The position numbers and the translations under genes are program-made. This document shows, piece by piece, positions 31,831 to 41,720 of a stretch of 64,000 nucleotides of DNA. Below the pieces are notes generated by a model, which saw only the letters and a list, made by a program, of their open reading frames with translations, searched no databases and was not told the DNA's origin. Source of the stretch: Clostridiales bacterium. GTDB taxonomy: Bacteria > Bacillota > Clostridia > Oscillospirales > CAG-272. Position 1 is the first letter of the stretch, and each line of letters begins with the position of its first letter. The stretch covers positions 7,788 through 71,787 of the forward strand of contig JAEEJH010000140.1 in the NCBI GenBank assembly GCA_016281775.1, given 5' to 3'.

Positions 31831-32985
31831 ATGGACGGCAGTACCGTAAAAAACAATACCGAAATAAAAACCGACGCCGCGTCGCGGAACCGGATCATAG
31901 TCAGAACGAGCATAGCGGGCATACTCGCCAACGTTTTGCTGTCGGCGGTCAAAGCCGCGGCGGGTCTGATATCGAATTCGATCGCGATAGTGCTCGACGC
32001 GGTGAACAATCTGTCGGACGCCGCTTCGTCGGTGATCACGATCGTCGGCACGAAGCTCGCCGGCAGAGAGCCGGATAAGAAGCACCCGTTCGGCCACGGC
32101 CGCATAGAATATCTCTCGGCGATGCTGATATCGGTGATCGTTCTGTACGCGGGCATAACGTCGCTCGTCGAGTCGGTCAAAAAGATCGTTTCTCCCGTCG
32201 CCGCGGACTATTCGCCGGCGATCCTGATAACCGTATCGGCGGCGGTGTTCGTGAAGATATTTCTCGGTCTGTATTTCAAAAAGACCGGCAAAAAGGTCCG
32301 CTCGGACTCGCTTATAAACTCCGGGCAGGACGCTCTGCTCGACGCCGTGATCGCCGTTTCGACGCTTACCGCCGCGGCGGTCTATCTGATCTGGGGCGTA
32401 TCGCTTGAGGCGTGGCTCGCCGCCGCGATCTCGCTCATCATCATCAGATCCGGCGTGGGGATGCTGCGCAGGACGATCTCGCGGATACTCGGCGAGGGCG
32501 CCGACGCAAAGCTCGCCGCCGACATAAAACAGACCGTTTGCTCTTTTTCCGACGTGAAAGGCGCATACGATCTCGTACTGCACAACTACGGGCCGGATAT
32601 ATTCACGGGATCGATCCACGTCAGCATTCCGGATACGTACGGCACGGGCGAGCTCGACACGCTGATACGCGAGATAACGGCGGAGGTGTACCGCAAACAT
32701 AACGTTTACCTTACGGCTATCGGTTTTTATCCGGTCAATACGAAAAACAAAAACGTTACCGAAATGCACGACGCCGTTGAGGCCGCCGTGCTCGCCGATC
32801 CCGACGTCAGGGAAATGCACGGGTTTTACGTAGATGAAAACAAAAAGGTGATCCGCGTCGATCTCGTGATCGGTTTCTCCGCCAAAGACAGACAAAAGAC
32901 GTTTGAAACCGCCGAGGAGAAAATAAAAACGCTTTATCCCGACCACGAGGTAATCGCGGTGATGGATACCGATTACGAAGAGTGA
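31831..32985 (+). CDS. cation diffusion facilitator (CDF) family metal efflux transporter
   Basis: Six-TM layout. Motifs are SIAIVLDAVNNLSDAASS and KKHPFGHGRIEYLSAM, followed by a C-terminal cytoplasmic domain. Confidence 0.85.
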   Translation: MDGSTVKNNTEIKTDAASRNRIIVRTSIAGILANVLLSAVKAAAGLISNSIAIVLDAVNNLSDAASSVITIVGTKLAGREPDKKHPFGHGRIEYLSAMLISVIVLYAGITSLVESVKKIVSPVAADYSPAILITVSAAVFVKIFLGLYFKKTGKKVRSDSLINSGQDALLDAVIAVSTLTAAAVYLIWGVSLEAWLAAAISLIIIRSGVGMLRRTISRILGEGADAKLAADIKQTVCSFSDVKGAYDLVLHNYGPDIFTGSIHVSIPDTYGTGELDTLIREITAEVYRKHNVYLTAIGFYPVNTKNKNVTEMHDAVEAAVLADPDVREMHGFYVDENKKVIRVDLVIGFSAKDRQKTFETAEEKIKTLYPDHEVIAVMDTDYEE

Positions 32986-33003
32986 CGGCGCCTGAAATTC
33001 AGC

Positions 33004-33034
33004 AAGCCGGCGGCAGTGCGCGCCGGCTTTTTTG
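33004..33034 (+). terminator. rho-independent terminator
   Basis: AAGCCGGCG-gcagtgcg-CGCCGGCTT followed by TTTTG, 19 nt after the stop. Confidence 0.8.
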
Positions 33035-33141
33035 CCGGTTATTTACGGTTGACGGCGTTTTGCGGCGCGCGTCTTATAAACACTTGACAAAAATCTTTTT
33101 GTATGATATAATCCGGGACGAAAAAACACATGGAGGCCAAT

Positions 33142-33849
33142 ATGTTAAGAATAGAACATCTTACGAAAAAATACGGCGACAAGGCGGCCGTCGACGATCT
33201 TACGCTCCACATACAGCCGGGCGAGATATACGGCTTTATCGGCCATAACGGCGCCGGCAAGACGACGACGCTCCGCTCCGCCGTCGGTATACAGCAGTTC
33301 GACGCCGGCGAGATATATATAAACGGTCTTTCGATAAAGACGTCGCCCGTAGAATGCAAAAAACAGCTCGCCTACATTCCCGACAATCCGGATCTTTACG
33401 ATTTCATGACGGGCATCAAATACCTCAATTTCATAGCCGACGTCTACGGCGTGCCTGCCGACGCGCGCAAAAAACGCGTCGACGAGCTTGCCGGGGCGTT
33501 CGGTCTGACCGACGATCTCGGTCAGGCGATCTCCGCGTACTCGCACGGTATGAAACAGAAGCTCGCGCTGATATCGGCGTGGATACACGAGCCGAAGCTT
33601 ATAATCATGGACGAACCGTTCGTCGGTCTCGATCCTAAGGCGGCGCATATCCTCAAAGGCATGATGCGCGGCGTGTGCGAAGGCGGCGGCGCGATATTTT
33701 TCTCGACGCACGTTCTCGAAGTCGCCGAAAAGCTCTGCGACAAGGTCGCCATAATCAAGCAGGGCAAGCTCATAAGGAGCGGTACGATGGAAGAGGTCAA
33801 AGGCGACGATTCGCTTGAAGAAGTGTTCCTCGAGCTGGAGGGCGAATAA
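33142..33849 (+). CDS. ABC transporter ATP-binding protein
   Basis: GGAGG lies 5 nt before the ATG at 33142. Walker A is GHNGAGKTT, the signature is YSHGMKQKL and Walker B is LIIMDEP. Confidence 0.9.
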   Translation: MLRIEHLTKKYGDKAAVDDLTLHIQPGEIYGFIGHNGAGKTTTLRSAVGIQQFDAGEIYINGLSIKTSPVECKKQLAYIPDNPDLYDFMTGIKYLNFIADVYGVPADARKKRVDELAGAFGLTDDLGQAISAYSHGMKQKLALISAWIHEPKLIIMDEPFVGLDPKAAHILKGMMRGVCEGGGAIFFSTHVLEVAEKLCDKVAIIKQGKLIRSGTMEEVKGDDSLEEVFLELEGE

Positions 33850-35447
33850 TGTTTAAGACGTTACTGAAAAAACAGTTTACCGAGATATTCCGCGCGTACT
33901 TTTTCGACCAGAAAAAGAACAAAGCCAGAACGCACGGGCAGACGGTCGGACTTTTCATACTGTTCGGCTTTCTTATGATCCTGATATTCGGCTCAGTGAT
34001 GCTTCCGATCTGTATGATGCTCTGCCCCGCGCTCGCGGCGACCGGCAACGCCTGGCTGTATTACGCGATAATCGGGCTTCTCGCGCTCGTTCTCGGCGTG
34101 TTCGGCAGCGTCTTCACGACGTATACGACTTTATACGTCGCGAAAGACAACGATCTGCTCCTCAGCATGCCGATACCGGTCAGATACATAATGTTCTCCC
34201 GCCTGCTGAGCGTCTATCTTATGGGGCTTATATACTGTGCGATGCCCGTTATCGGCGCCGGCGTCATTTATTTCATCTTCACCGGCGTTACGGTAAAAGC
34301 CGTTATAGGCTGCGTGATGCTTCTGCTCATCGTTTCGCTTATCGTATTCATACTCGCGTGCGGTCTCGGCTACGTCGTTGCCGGGATAAGCCGAAAACTG
34401 AAAAACAAAAGCGTTTTCGTGGTCCTGCTTTCCCTTGCCGGCTTCGCCCTGTATTACGTACTGTATTTCAAGGCGATGAACGGGATCGAAGAAATTGTGG
34501 CAAACGCCGCGCTCTACGGTCAGCAGGTCAAGGATTCCGCTTATATCCTCTATCTGTTCGGCAGCGTAGGCGTGGGCGAAGCGGTGCCGATACTGATATT
34601 CACCGCGTCCGTTCTCGCCGTTCTCGCACTCGTGTGGTATATTATATCGCGCAGTTTCATTAAGATCGCGACGTCGACCTCGACCGCGTCGAAAGCGCGC
34701 GTCAGACTCAAAGACTCGGAAGCGAAAAGCGTCGGCGCGGCTCTTATCGGCAAGGAATTCGCGCGGTTCATCGCAAGTCCGCTTTATATGCTGAATTCCG
34801 GCTTGGGCGTACTGTTCATCCCCGCGGTCGGCGTGTTCTTTCTGATCAAAGGCAGAGAGATCGCGCAAACGCTGTCAGCCGCGTTCGGCGGCAGCGCTTT
34901 TATCGCGATCGCCGTGTACGGGATCACGCTCTTTCTTCTGATGATGATCAGCCCCGCGATCGCATCGTTTTCGCTTGAAGGCAAAAACATCTGGATCCCG
35001 CGGTCGCTGCCGATAGAACCGATACGGATAATAAAAGCCAAACTGTCCTTACAGCTTCTGCTCTCCGGCGTTCCCGCCGTATTCACTGCGATTTGCGCAG
35101 TCGCGTCGTTCGGATTTTCCGTATTCGATTCCGTTATGCTGTTTTCCGCGATGATATCCGCCGTTCTGCTCGGTTCCGTATTCTATACTTTTCTGGGCAT
35201 CCGTTTCGCCAACCTTACCTGGACGAACGAGATGATACCGATCAAACAGGGAACGGGCGTTTTAGTCGGTATGCTTTCGACGCTCGGTTTCACGATAGTA
35301 TCCGGCGGTGTTTGCAGCGTACTGTGTCTGTTCGCAGGCGCGGGCGTAAGCTTAGCCGTCGTCACCGCGGTTTCGCTCGGCATATCCGCGCTGATATACC
35401 GGTGGCTCAAGACAAAAGGCTGTGAAATGTTTGAAAGACTTCAATAA
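33849..35447 (+). CDS. multi-pass ABC transporter permease (putative exporter partner)
   Basis: TAATG overlap with the ATPase gene. The 532-aa protein has about 10-12 hydrophobic segments. Confidence 0.75.
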   Translation: MFKTLLKKQFTEIFRAYFFDQKKNKARTHGQTVGLFILFGFLMILIFGSVMLPICMMLCPALAATGNAWLYYAIIGLLALVLGVFGSVFTTYTTLYVAKDNDLLLSMPIPVRYIMFSRLLSVYLMGLIYCAMPVIGAGVIYFIFTGVTVKAVIGCVMLLLIVSLIVFILACGLGYVVAGISRKLKNKSVFVVLLSLAGFALYYVLYFKAMNGIEEIVANAALYGQQVKDSAYILYLFGSVGVGEAVPILIFTASVLAVLALVWYIISRSFIKIATSTSTASKARVRLKDSEAKSVGAALIGKEFARFIASPLYMLNSGLGVLFIPAVGVFFLIKGREIAQTLSAAFGGSAFIAIAVYGITLFLLMMISPAIASFSLEGKNIWIPRSLPIEPIRIIKAKLSLQLLLSGVPAVFTAICAVASFGFSVFDSVMLFSAMISAVLLGSVFYTFLGIRFANLTWTNEMIPIKQGTGVLVGMLSTLGFTIVSGGVCSVLCLFAGAGVSLAVVTAVSLGISALIYRWLKTKGCEMFERLQ

Positions 35448-35451
35448 ACCG

Positions 35452-35485
35452 ACCGGGCTGACGCGGATGCTCAGCCCGGTTTTCA
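35452..35485 (+). terminator. rho-independent terminator
   Basis: ACCGGGCTGA-cgcggatgc-TCAGCCCGGT followed by TTTC. Confidence 0.75.
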
Positions 35486-35500
35486 CGTTCGAAATGAACA

Positions 35501-35524
35501 GAACCGCGCCGGCAGGCGCGGTTC
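35501..35524 (-). terminator. hairpin terminator candidate for the isomerase gene
   Basis: GAACCGCGCC-ggca-GGCGCGGTTC lies 5 nt after the minus-strand stop. The U-tract is weak. Confidence 0.5.
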
Positions 35525-35528
35525 GTTA

Positions 35529-36101
35529 TTATTCTTCGGGTTTGGTTTCGAGTTTCAGAGGATAGTCGGCTATGTGCTTCAGCCTGAAGCCGTTTTTCTT
35601 ATACTCTTCGTAGTCGAACGCTTCGAGTTCGTCTATCGCGAGCTTATGGAACTCGTAGAAATTATGCCACCATTCGTAGCCGGAGCCGAGTTCCGCGCCG
35701 AGGTACGCGTCGGCGATGTCGCAGCCCATCTGCGGCGCGACGTAGAACGCGCCCATCGCGAGAACGTTTACGCCGTTGCCGGTTATCGCGCGCAGCGCCG
35801 CCGGCACGCTTTCGACCACGCCCGCGTGTACGTGCGGACATTTGCTTGCGGCGATATGTATGCCCATGCCCGTGCCGCAGAACAAAAGCGCCCTCTCGAA
35901 ATTGCCTTCGGATATCTGCGCTCCGACGCGCAGGCCGACGCGATGGAACATATTCTCGGTATCTTCGACTGTCGGATCGGTCACGCCGAGATCGGTGACG
36001 GTCCAGCCTTTCGCTTTGAGATGCGCGACGACCGCTTCTTTGAGCGGATAGCCGGCGAAATCGGCGCCGACGAGTATCTGTTTGTCTTTGATCGTTTTCA
36101 T
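35529..36101 (-). CDS. RpiB/LacA/LacB family sugar-phosphate isomerase
   Basis: ILVGADFAGYPLKEAV... and LLFCGTGMGIHIAASK are typical family blocks. Confidence 0.8.
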   Translation of the reverse strand: MKTIKDKQILVGADFAGYPLKEAVVAHLKAKGWTVTDLGVTDPTVEDTENMFHRVGLRVGAQISEGNFERALLFCGTGMGIHIAASKCPHVHAGVVESVPAALRAITGNGVNVLAMGAFYVAPQMGCDIADAYLGAELGSGYEWWHNFYEFHKLAIDELEAFDYEEYKKNGFRLKHIADYPLKLETKPEE

Positions 36102-36112
36102 ACCGTATCTCC

Positions 36113-36925
36113 TTATTTAAGATTCTTCATCCATTTGACCGAAAGTTCGATCCATTTCGCCGCGTCTTCGTGTATCATCTGCGGATAACCCGCGCAGGTC
36201 TCTTCGTTTGCGAGCGCGAGACCGTGAGGACCGTGCGGATAGATATGTATCTCGAAAGACACGCCGTTCGCGTCGAGCACTTCAGCCATGCGCAGCGAGT
36301 TGATTATCGGCACGGCGTTGTCGTCCGCGGTCGCCCAGATGAACGCCGGGGAAGTTTCTTTGTTGACGTAAAGATCGATCGAATACTTTTCAAGCTGTTC
36401 TCTGCTCGGTTCGGTCGTGCCGATTATGCTGTAAAAGCTGCCGAGGTGAGTCGATACGACGGAACTGATCACCGGGTACGCGAGCACGGTGCCGGCAGGT
36501 CTGTTTACGCCGTACGGGAAATCCTCCCCGAGCTTTTCAAGCAGCCACGGCGCGTTCCAGAAAGTGCCGAGCGAGGCGCAGAGATGACCGCCTGCCGAAA
36601 AGCCGACGGCAAAAACTCTGTCGGGGTTGATATTGAACTCCTTTGCGTTTTCTTTGATGTACTTCATGGCGAGCGACGCTTCGGTAAGCGGCGTGAATCC
36701 GGCGGCTCCCGCTCCGCAGGTGTAATAGAGCAGAAACACGTTCATACCGGCGGCGAGATACTGCTTGACGATAGGTTCCGCCTCGCGGTCGGAGCACATC
36801 TGATAACCGCCGCCCGGCAGAACGAGCATCGCGTCTCTGCCTTTGATCGGCATCTCGGGCGATTCGCTGCAGATATAGCAGTACAATCTCGCCCCGTCAA
36901 GGATTTTTACTTCTTCGATCCTCAT
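36113..36925 (-). CDS. alpha/beta hydrolase (esterase, acetyl-esterase-like)
   Basis: The nucleophile elbow is GFSAGGH. LVLPGGGY forms the oxyanion region. A C-terminal His lies in YPHGPHG. Confidence 0.8.
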   Translation of the reverse strand: MRIEEVKILDGARLYCYICSESPEMPIKGRDAMLVLPGGGYQMCSDREAEPIVKQYLAAGMNVFLLYYTCGAGAAGFTPLTEASLAMKYIKENAKEFNINPDRVFAVGFSAGGHLCASLGTFWNAPWLLEKLGEDFPYGVNRPAGTVLAYPVISSVVSTHLGSFYSIIGTTEPSREQLEKYSIDLYVNKETSPAFIWATADDNAVPIINSLRMAEVLDANGVSFEIHIYPHGPHGLALANEETCAGYPQMIHEDAAKWIELSVKWMKNLK

Positions 36926-36940
36926 GTTTTTTACCGTCCT

Positions 36941-37717
36941 TTATAGTAAATTTTTAATCGATTCGATAACAAGATCCGGTTTCTGCTCATCCGGACAGTT
37001 CTGCAGATCGGAAAGAACCGTCTCCCCGGTCAGAACGAGCACGGCGTATATGCCGGAATTTTTGCCGAGCGCTATGTCGGTGTAAAGTCTGTCGCCGAAA
37101 ATGCAGGCTTCTTTCGCTTTGCATCCGGTATACGAGAGTATCATCTCCGCCGTGTCTTTGTACGGCTTGCCGAAGAATCTCGGTCTTACGCCGGTAGACG
37201 CGGTCACGGCGGCGGCAATCGCGCCGCTGTCGGGTATGAAGCCCGTTTCGGTCGGGCAGTTGAAATCGGGGTGAGTGCACAGATATTCCGCGCCGTTTCG
37301 TATCAGCGTGCAGGCTTTTTCGAGTTTTTCGTACGTAAGAGTGGTGTCGAAGCTCGTGACGACGATATCCGCCTCGTCGGACAGTGTTATCCCGGCTTTT
37401 TCAAAACTCTCGGCAAGCATCGGTGTGCCGAGCAGAAAGACCCTTTTGCCCGGTCTTTCAGTCAGCAGAAACCTTACCGTAACGTCGCCCGCGGTCATTA
37501 TCTCTTCACGCGAAGGCTCGAAACCCATTTTCGTCAGCCTGTCGAGATACACCTCGGGATTTTTGGAGGCGTTGTTTGTGAAGAACAGCACTTTTTTGCC
37601 GTCTGCTCTGAGTTTTTTTATAAACTCGACCGCGAACGGAAATACTCTGTTCCCGAGGTAGATCGTGCCGTCCATATCGAAAATGAACAGCTTTTTATCC
37701 TTAAGCGGTTTTTTCAT
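36941..37717 (-). CDS. HAD-IIA family hydrolase (NagD-like sugar phosphatase)
   Basis: FIFDMDGTIY (DxDGT motif), FFTNNASK and GDRLYTDI. Confidence 0.8.
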   Translation of the reverse strand: MKKPLKDKKLFIFDMDGTIYLGNRVFPFAVEFIKKLRADGKKVLFFTNNASKNPEVYLDRLTKMGFEPSREEIMTAGDVTVRFLLTERPGKRVFLLGTPMLAESFEKAGITLSDEADIVVTSFDTTLTYEKLEKACTLIRNGAEYLCTHPDFNCPTETGFIPDSGAIAAAVTASTGVRPRFFGKPYKDTAEMILSYTGCKAKEACIFGDRLYTDIALGKNSGIYAVLVLTGETVLSDLQNCPDEQKPDLVIESIKNLL

Positions 37718-39453
37718 ATCATTTTACCCTGCCTGAACTGACTTTGATAAAGATGCTCGTAAAAGCCCCTCGCTCCGATAAGCTCGTTATGCGTGCCGCG
37801 CTCTATTATGTCGCCGTCTTTCATGACGAGTATCTCGTCCGCGCTGTGCACCGTCGAAAGGCGGTGGGCGACGATAAAGCTCGTTTTGCCTTCGGTCATC
37901 TCGTCGAACGCTTTTTGTATCTTCTTTTCGGTCATCGTATCGACCGAAGACGTCGCCTCGTCGAGTATGAGTATTTTCGGTTCGGTTATCATTACGCGGG
38001 CGATGCATAAAAGCTGTTTCTGCCCCTGAGACAGACCTCCGCCGCCCTCTTCGAGCACCGTATCGTATCCGTCGGGCAGTTTCGTGATGAATCCGTGAGC
38101 GTGCGCGGCTTTGGCGGCGGCGATCACTTTTTCTCTGCCCGCGCCGGGACAGCCGAGCGCGATATTGTCGGCGACCGTGCCGTATCTGAGCCACGTATCC
38201 TGCAGGACCATGCCGAAAAGCGAGCGCAGTTCGGCTCTGCCGACGTCTCTTATATCGCTGCCGCAGACCTTTATGCTGCCGGCGTTTACGTCGTAGAACC
38301 TCATAAGCAGATTTATCAGCGTCGTCTTGCCGCAGCCGGTGGGGCCGACTATCGCGGTATGCTTGCCGGGCGCCGCTTCAAAACAGAGGTCGCGTATGAG
38401 CGGTTTTTCAGGCGAATACGAAAACGAAACGCGGTCCATAACGACGCTGCCGTCTTCTTTTTCAAAGCCTTCGCCGGTCTCTTTCGTCTCTTCCGGCTCT
38501 TCCGTAAAGGCGAATATCCTCTCGGCGCAGGCGAAGGCGTTCTGCAGTTCCGCCATGACGCCGGATATCTCGTTGAAAGGTTTCGTATATTTGCTCGCGT
38601 AAGACAGGAAGCTCGACAGCGCGCCTACCGTCATACCGCCGCTTATGACCGTGAGCGCTCCGGTGAGCGCGACGGCGGCGTAAACGATCGCGTTGACCGC
38701 TCTCGTCGTCGGGTTTGTAAGCGACGACGAAAACACGGCTTTCTGCGACGATCTTCTCAATTTTTCGTTCAGTATCCTGAATCTCGCCTTCGCCTGCTCC
38801 TGACCGCCGAGCGCGAAAACGGTCTTTTCTTCACCTATCATCTCGTTTACGAACGAGGTCTCTTCGGCTCTGTCTTTCGCCTGCTCGGCGAACATGCCGT
38901 AGGTCTTGTTCGCTATGATCTTCGCGGTGAAAAGCGATACGGGCGTAAGGACGATGACGACGATACTGACCGTCGGGTTGGCGATCAGCATGAACACGAG
39001 CGTGCCGATTATCATACAGACGCCCGAAAACAGCTGTGTGAAGCCGAGCAAAAGCCCGTCGGAAAACTGTTCGGCGTCGCTCGTAAGGCGGCTCAGCGTG
39101 TCGCCCTCGGAATGAGAATCGAGATACGAGACCGGCAGGCGCTGTATCTTATCGAACATCTCCTCCCGTATGTCGCCGACGATGCCGAAAGCCGCTTTGT
39201 TGTTTACCGCGCTCATGCACCACTGTATAAGAGCCGCCGCGGCGGCGCATACGGCGATCTTTACGAATATAACGGAAAGCCCTCCGAAATCGACGTTGTT
39301 TTTGCCGATTATGAGGTCGACCGCGTCGCCGAACAGTCTCGGTATGTAAAGCGAGAACACAGCGTACGCCGCGGACAGTATCATGACGAGCGCGAACAGG
39401 GGCGCGTATTTTCTGAATTTTTTAAGGAGTTTGCCGACCGTCGCCTTTTTCAC
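37714..39453 (-). CDS. ABC exporter, fused permease/ATPase half-transporter
   Basis: Six N-terminal TM segments. Motifs are GPTGCGKTT, LSQGQKQLL and ILILDEATS. There is a 4-nt overlap with both neighbours. Confidence 0.9.
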   Translation of the reverse strand: MKKATVGKLLKKFRKYAPLFALVMILSAAYAVFSLYIPRLFGDAVDLIIGKNNVDFGGLSVIFVKIAVCAAAAALIQWCMSAVNNKAAFGIVGDIREEMFDKIQRLPVSYLDSHSEGDTLSRLTSDAEQFSDGLLLGFTQLFSGVCMIIGTLVFMLIANPTVSIVVIVLTPVSLFTAKIIANKTYGMFAEQAKDRAEETSFVNEMIGEEKTVFALGGQEQAKARFRILNEKLRRSSQKAVFSSSLTNPTTRAVNAIVYAAVALTGALTVISGGMTVGALSSFLSYASKYTKPFNEISGVMAELQNAFACAERIFAFTEEPEETKETGEGFEKEDGSVVMDRVSFSYSPEKPLIRDLCFEAAPGKHTAIVGPTGCGKTTLINLLMRFYDVNAGSIKVCGSDIRDVGRAELRSLFGMVLQDTWLRYGTVADNIALGCPGAGREKVIAAAKAAHAHGFITKLPDGYDTVLEEGGGGLSQGQKQLLCIARVMITEPKILILDEATSSVDTMTEKKIQKAFDEMTEGKTSFIVAHRLSTVHSADEILVMKDGDIIERGTHNELIGARGFYEHLYQSQFRQGKMI

Positions 39454-41168
39454 GCCGTCACCTCCCCGCTCTGTTCCGTCTGCGACTCGTAGATGCTTCT
39501 GTAAACGGAGCAGTCTTCGAGCAGCCGTTCGTGAGTGCCCGCGCCGACTATACCGCCGTCGTCGAGCACGACTATGAGATCGCAGTTTCTTACGGTGGAA
39601 ACGCGCTGAGCGACGTTTATAAGCGTAAGGCCTTTTATCTTCGATATGTTTTCTCTCATTTCCGCGTCTGTCGCGTAATCGAGAGCGGACGAACTGTCGT
39701 CAAGTATGAGTATGCGCGGACGCCGCAGAAGCGCCGCGGCGACGGTGAGCCTCTGTTTCTGCCCGCCCGAAAAATTTCTGCCGTTCTGTTCGACCTGCGC
39801 GTCGAGACCGCCTTTTTCCGTAACGACGCCGTAAGCGCAGGCGGCTCTCAGCGCCTCGTTCATCTCTTCGTCGGTACGCCCGTCGAGCCCGAAGCACAGA
39901 TTGCTTCTGACCGTGCCCGAAAAAAGCACGGCTTTCTGCGGCACGACGCGCACCGTTTCATAAAGCTGCTTTTTCGTAAACGACTTTACGTCCGCGCCGA
40001 AAAGCTCCACTTTGCCTTTCTGCGGATCGTAGCTGCGCGCGATGAGCGATATGAGCGAGGTCTTGCCCGAGCCCGTTCCGCCGATGACGCCGACGGTCTG
40101 CCCTTCTTTTATTTCGAGGTCTATGTTTTCAAGCACGTTTTCACCGCCGTACGACAGAGAAACGCCGGAAAGCGCGACCGCGGTATCTCCGTGCAGCTGC
40201 GCCGGTTCGTCCGGATATTCCGCCGCCGAGCCTTCGTTCAGCACCGCCGAGACGCGTTTGCCGCTCGATACGGCTTTGGTGAGATTGATCGTGAAATCGG
40301 CGATCTTGATCAGCTCGACTATTATCATCGCCGAGAAGTTGTATAACGCGACGACCGCGCCCGTGGTGAGCGCGCCGCCGTCCACCCTGACCGCGCCGGA
40401 GCCGATCATGGCTATGACGGCGAGGTTCACTATTACGAAGGAGACGGGATTCAAAAGCGCCGATATCCTGCCGGATACAAGCTGTTTTTTAACGTAATCG
40501 CCGTTTTCTTTGCGAAAAGCCCCGCTTTCGTCTTTTTCTTTGCCGAAAGCGCGCAGCACGCGTACGCCGGAGAGGTTCTCGCGGATGCGGCGCACGGTAC
40601 GCGAAAGCGACGCCTGCACCTTGCCGTAGAGTTTTATGCCCGAAAGCATTATTACGTATATGACGACGAGCAGTACCGGTACGGCGGCGGCGATATACAG
40701 AGCCGGACCGGGATCGGTGAGAAAGCAGGCGACGACCGCGCCCGCGACCACGAAAGGAGAACGCAGAACGAGACGGAGAGTGAGGTTCAGCCCGTTCTGT
40801 ATACGGTCGACGTCGCTCGTCATGTTCGTTATCAGCGACGAAGCGCCGAGGCGGTCGATATCCGGATACGCCATATCCTGAATGTGAAAGAAAAGCGCTT
40901 CTCTTACGTTGGATGCAAATCCGGTCGCCGCCCTTGCGGCAAAATACTGAGCCGTGACGGCGAATCCGAGCCCTATCGCGGCGAAGCCGCACAACACGAC
41001 GCTCCAGGTAACGACGACGCTTTTGTCGGAATTGCCGATGCCCTTGTCGATTATCGTGGCGACGATAAAAGGCACCGACAGTTCGAGTATCACCTCGAAA
41101 AGCTTGAAAAGCGGCGCGAGAACGGTCTGTTTTTTATATTCCTTCAGGTAAAAAAGGAGTTTTTTCAT
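39450..41168 (-). CDS. ABC exporter, fused permease/ATPase half-transporter (heterodimer partner)
   Basis: Motifs are GGTGSGKTS, FSGGQKQRL and ILILDDSSS. Confidence 0.9.
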   Translation of the reverse strand: MKKLLFYLKEYKKQTVLAPLFKLFEVILELSVPFIVATIIDKGIGNSDKSVVVTWSVVLCGFAAIGLGFAVTAQYFAARAATGFASNVREALFFHIQDMAYPDIDRLGASSLITNMTSDVDRIQNGLNLTLRLVLRSPFVVAGAVVACFLTDPGPALYIAAAVPVLLVVIYVIMLSGIKLYGKVQASLSRTVRRIRENLSGVRVLRAFGKEKDESGAFRKENGDYVKKQLVSGRISALLNPVSFVIVNLAVIAMIGSGAVRVDGGALTTGAVVALYNFSAMIIVELIKIADFTINLTKAVSSGKRVSAVLNEGSAAEYPDEPAQLHGDTAVALSGVSLSYGGENVLENIDLEIKEGQTVGVIGGTGSGKTSLISLIARSYDPQKGKVELFGADVKSFTKKQLYETVRVVPQKAVLFSGTVRSNLCFGLDGRTDEEMNEALRAACAYGVVTEKGGLDAQVEQNGRNFSGGQKQRLTVAAALLRRPRILILDDSSSALDYATDAEMRENISKIKGLTLINVAQRVSTVRNCDLIVVLDDGGIVGAGTHERLLEDCSVYRSIYESQTEQSGEVTA

Positions 41169-41219
41169 CTTGATTTATCCGTCGTTTTGTGGTAAGATTT
41201 ACGAAAAGGAGAGTTTTAT

Positions 41220-41720
41220 ATGGAGATACACAGCATAGATCCGGTCTGCGCGCCGGACGCGCGCATACTTATACTCGGCAGTTTTCCGTCGGTCGCGTCA
41301 CGGCAGGCGGGGTTTTATTACGCGCATAAGCAGAACCGTTTTTTCAAAGTTCTCGCCGCCGTGTTCGGCGAAGACGTTCCGGTTTCCGTGCAGGAAAAGA
41401 AACAGTTTCTGATCCGCAATAAGATCGCGTTATGGGACGTGATAAAGAGCTGTGACGTCGACAAAAGCTCCGACAGTTCGATACGAAACGTCGCGCCGAA
41501 CGATATAGCCGGTCTCGTTTCCGGTACCGGGATAAAAGCCGTGTATCTGAACGGTAAGACGGCCCTTTCGCTTTACGAAAAGTACGTTCTGCCGTCGGTC
41601 GCTCTGCCGTATTTCTATTTGCCTTCAACTAGCCCCGCGAACGCTGCTCATTCGCTTGACCGGCTCGTCGGCGAATGGGCGGTCATTTTGAACAGGCAGT
41701 CAGATCGGGGTTGTCTGTAA
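41220..41720 (+). CDS. DNA-deoxyinosine (hypoxanthine) glycosylase, UDG superfamily
   Basis: AAAGGAGAG RBS. ILILGSFPSVASRQAGFYYAHKQNRFF matches the remembered family-6 UDG N-terminal block. Confidence 0.65.
   Translation: MEIHSIDPVCAPDARILILGSFPSVASRQAGFYYAHKQNRFFKVLAAVFGEDVPVSVQEKKQFLIRNKIALWDVIKSCDVDKSSDSSIRNVAPNDIAGLVSGTGIKAVYLNGKTALSLYEKYVLPSVALPYFYLPSTSPANAAHSLDRLVGEWAVILNRQSDRGCL

Noticed and set aside
41683-41720. 38-nt overlap of convergent CDS 3' ends as a regulatory feature
   Set aside because: It is probably just compact gene packing. There is no structure or motif in the overlap, and either stop could be genuine.
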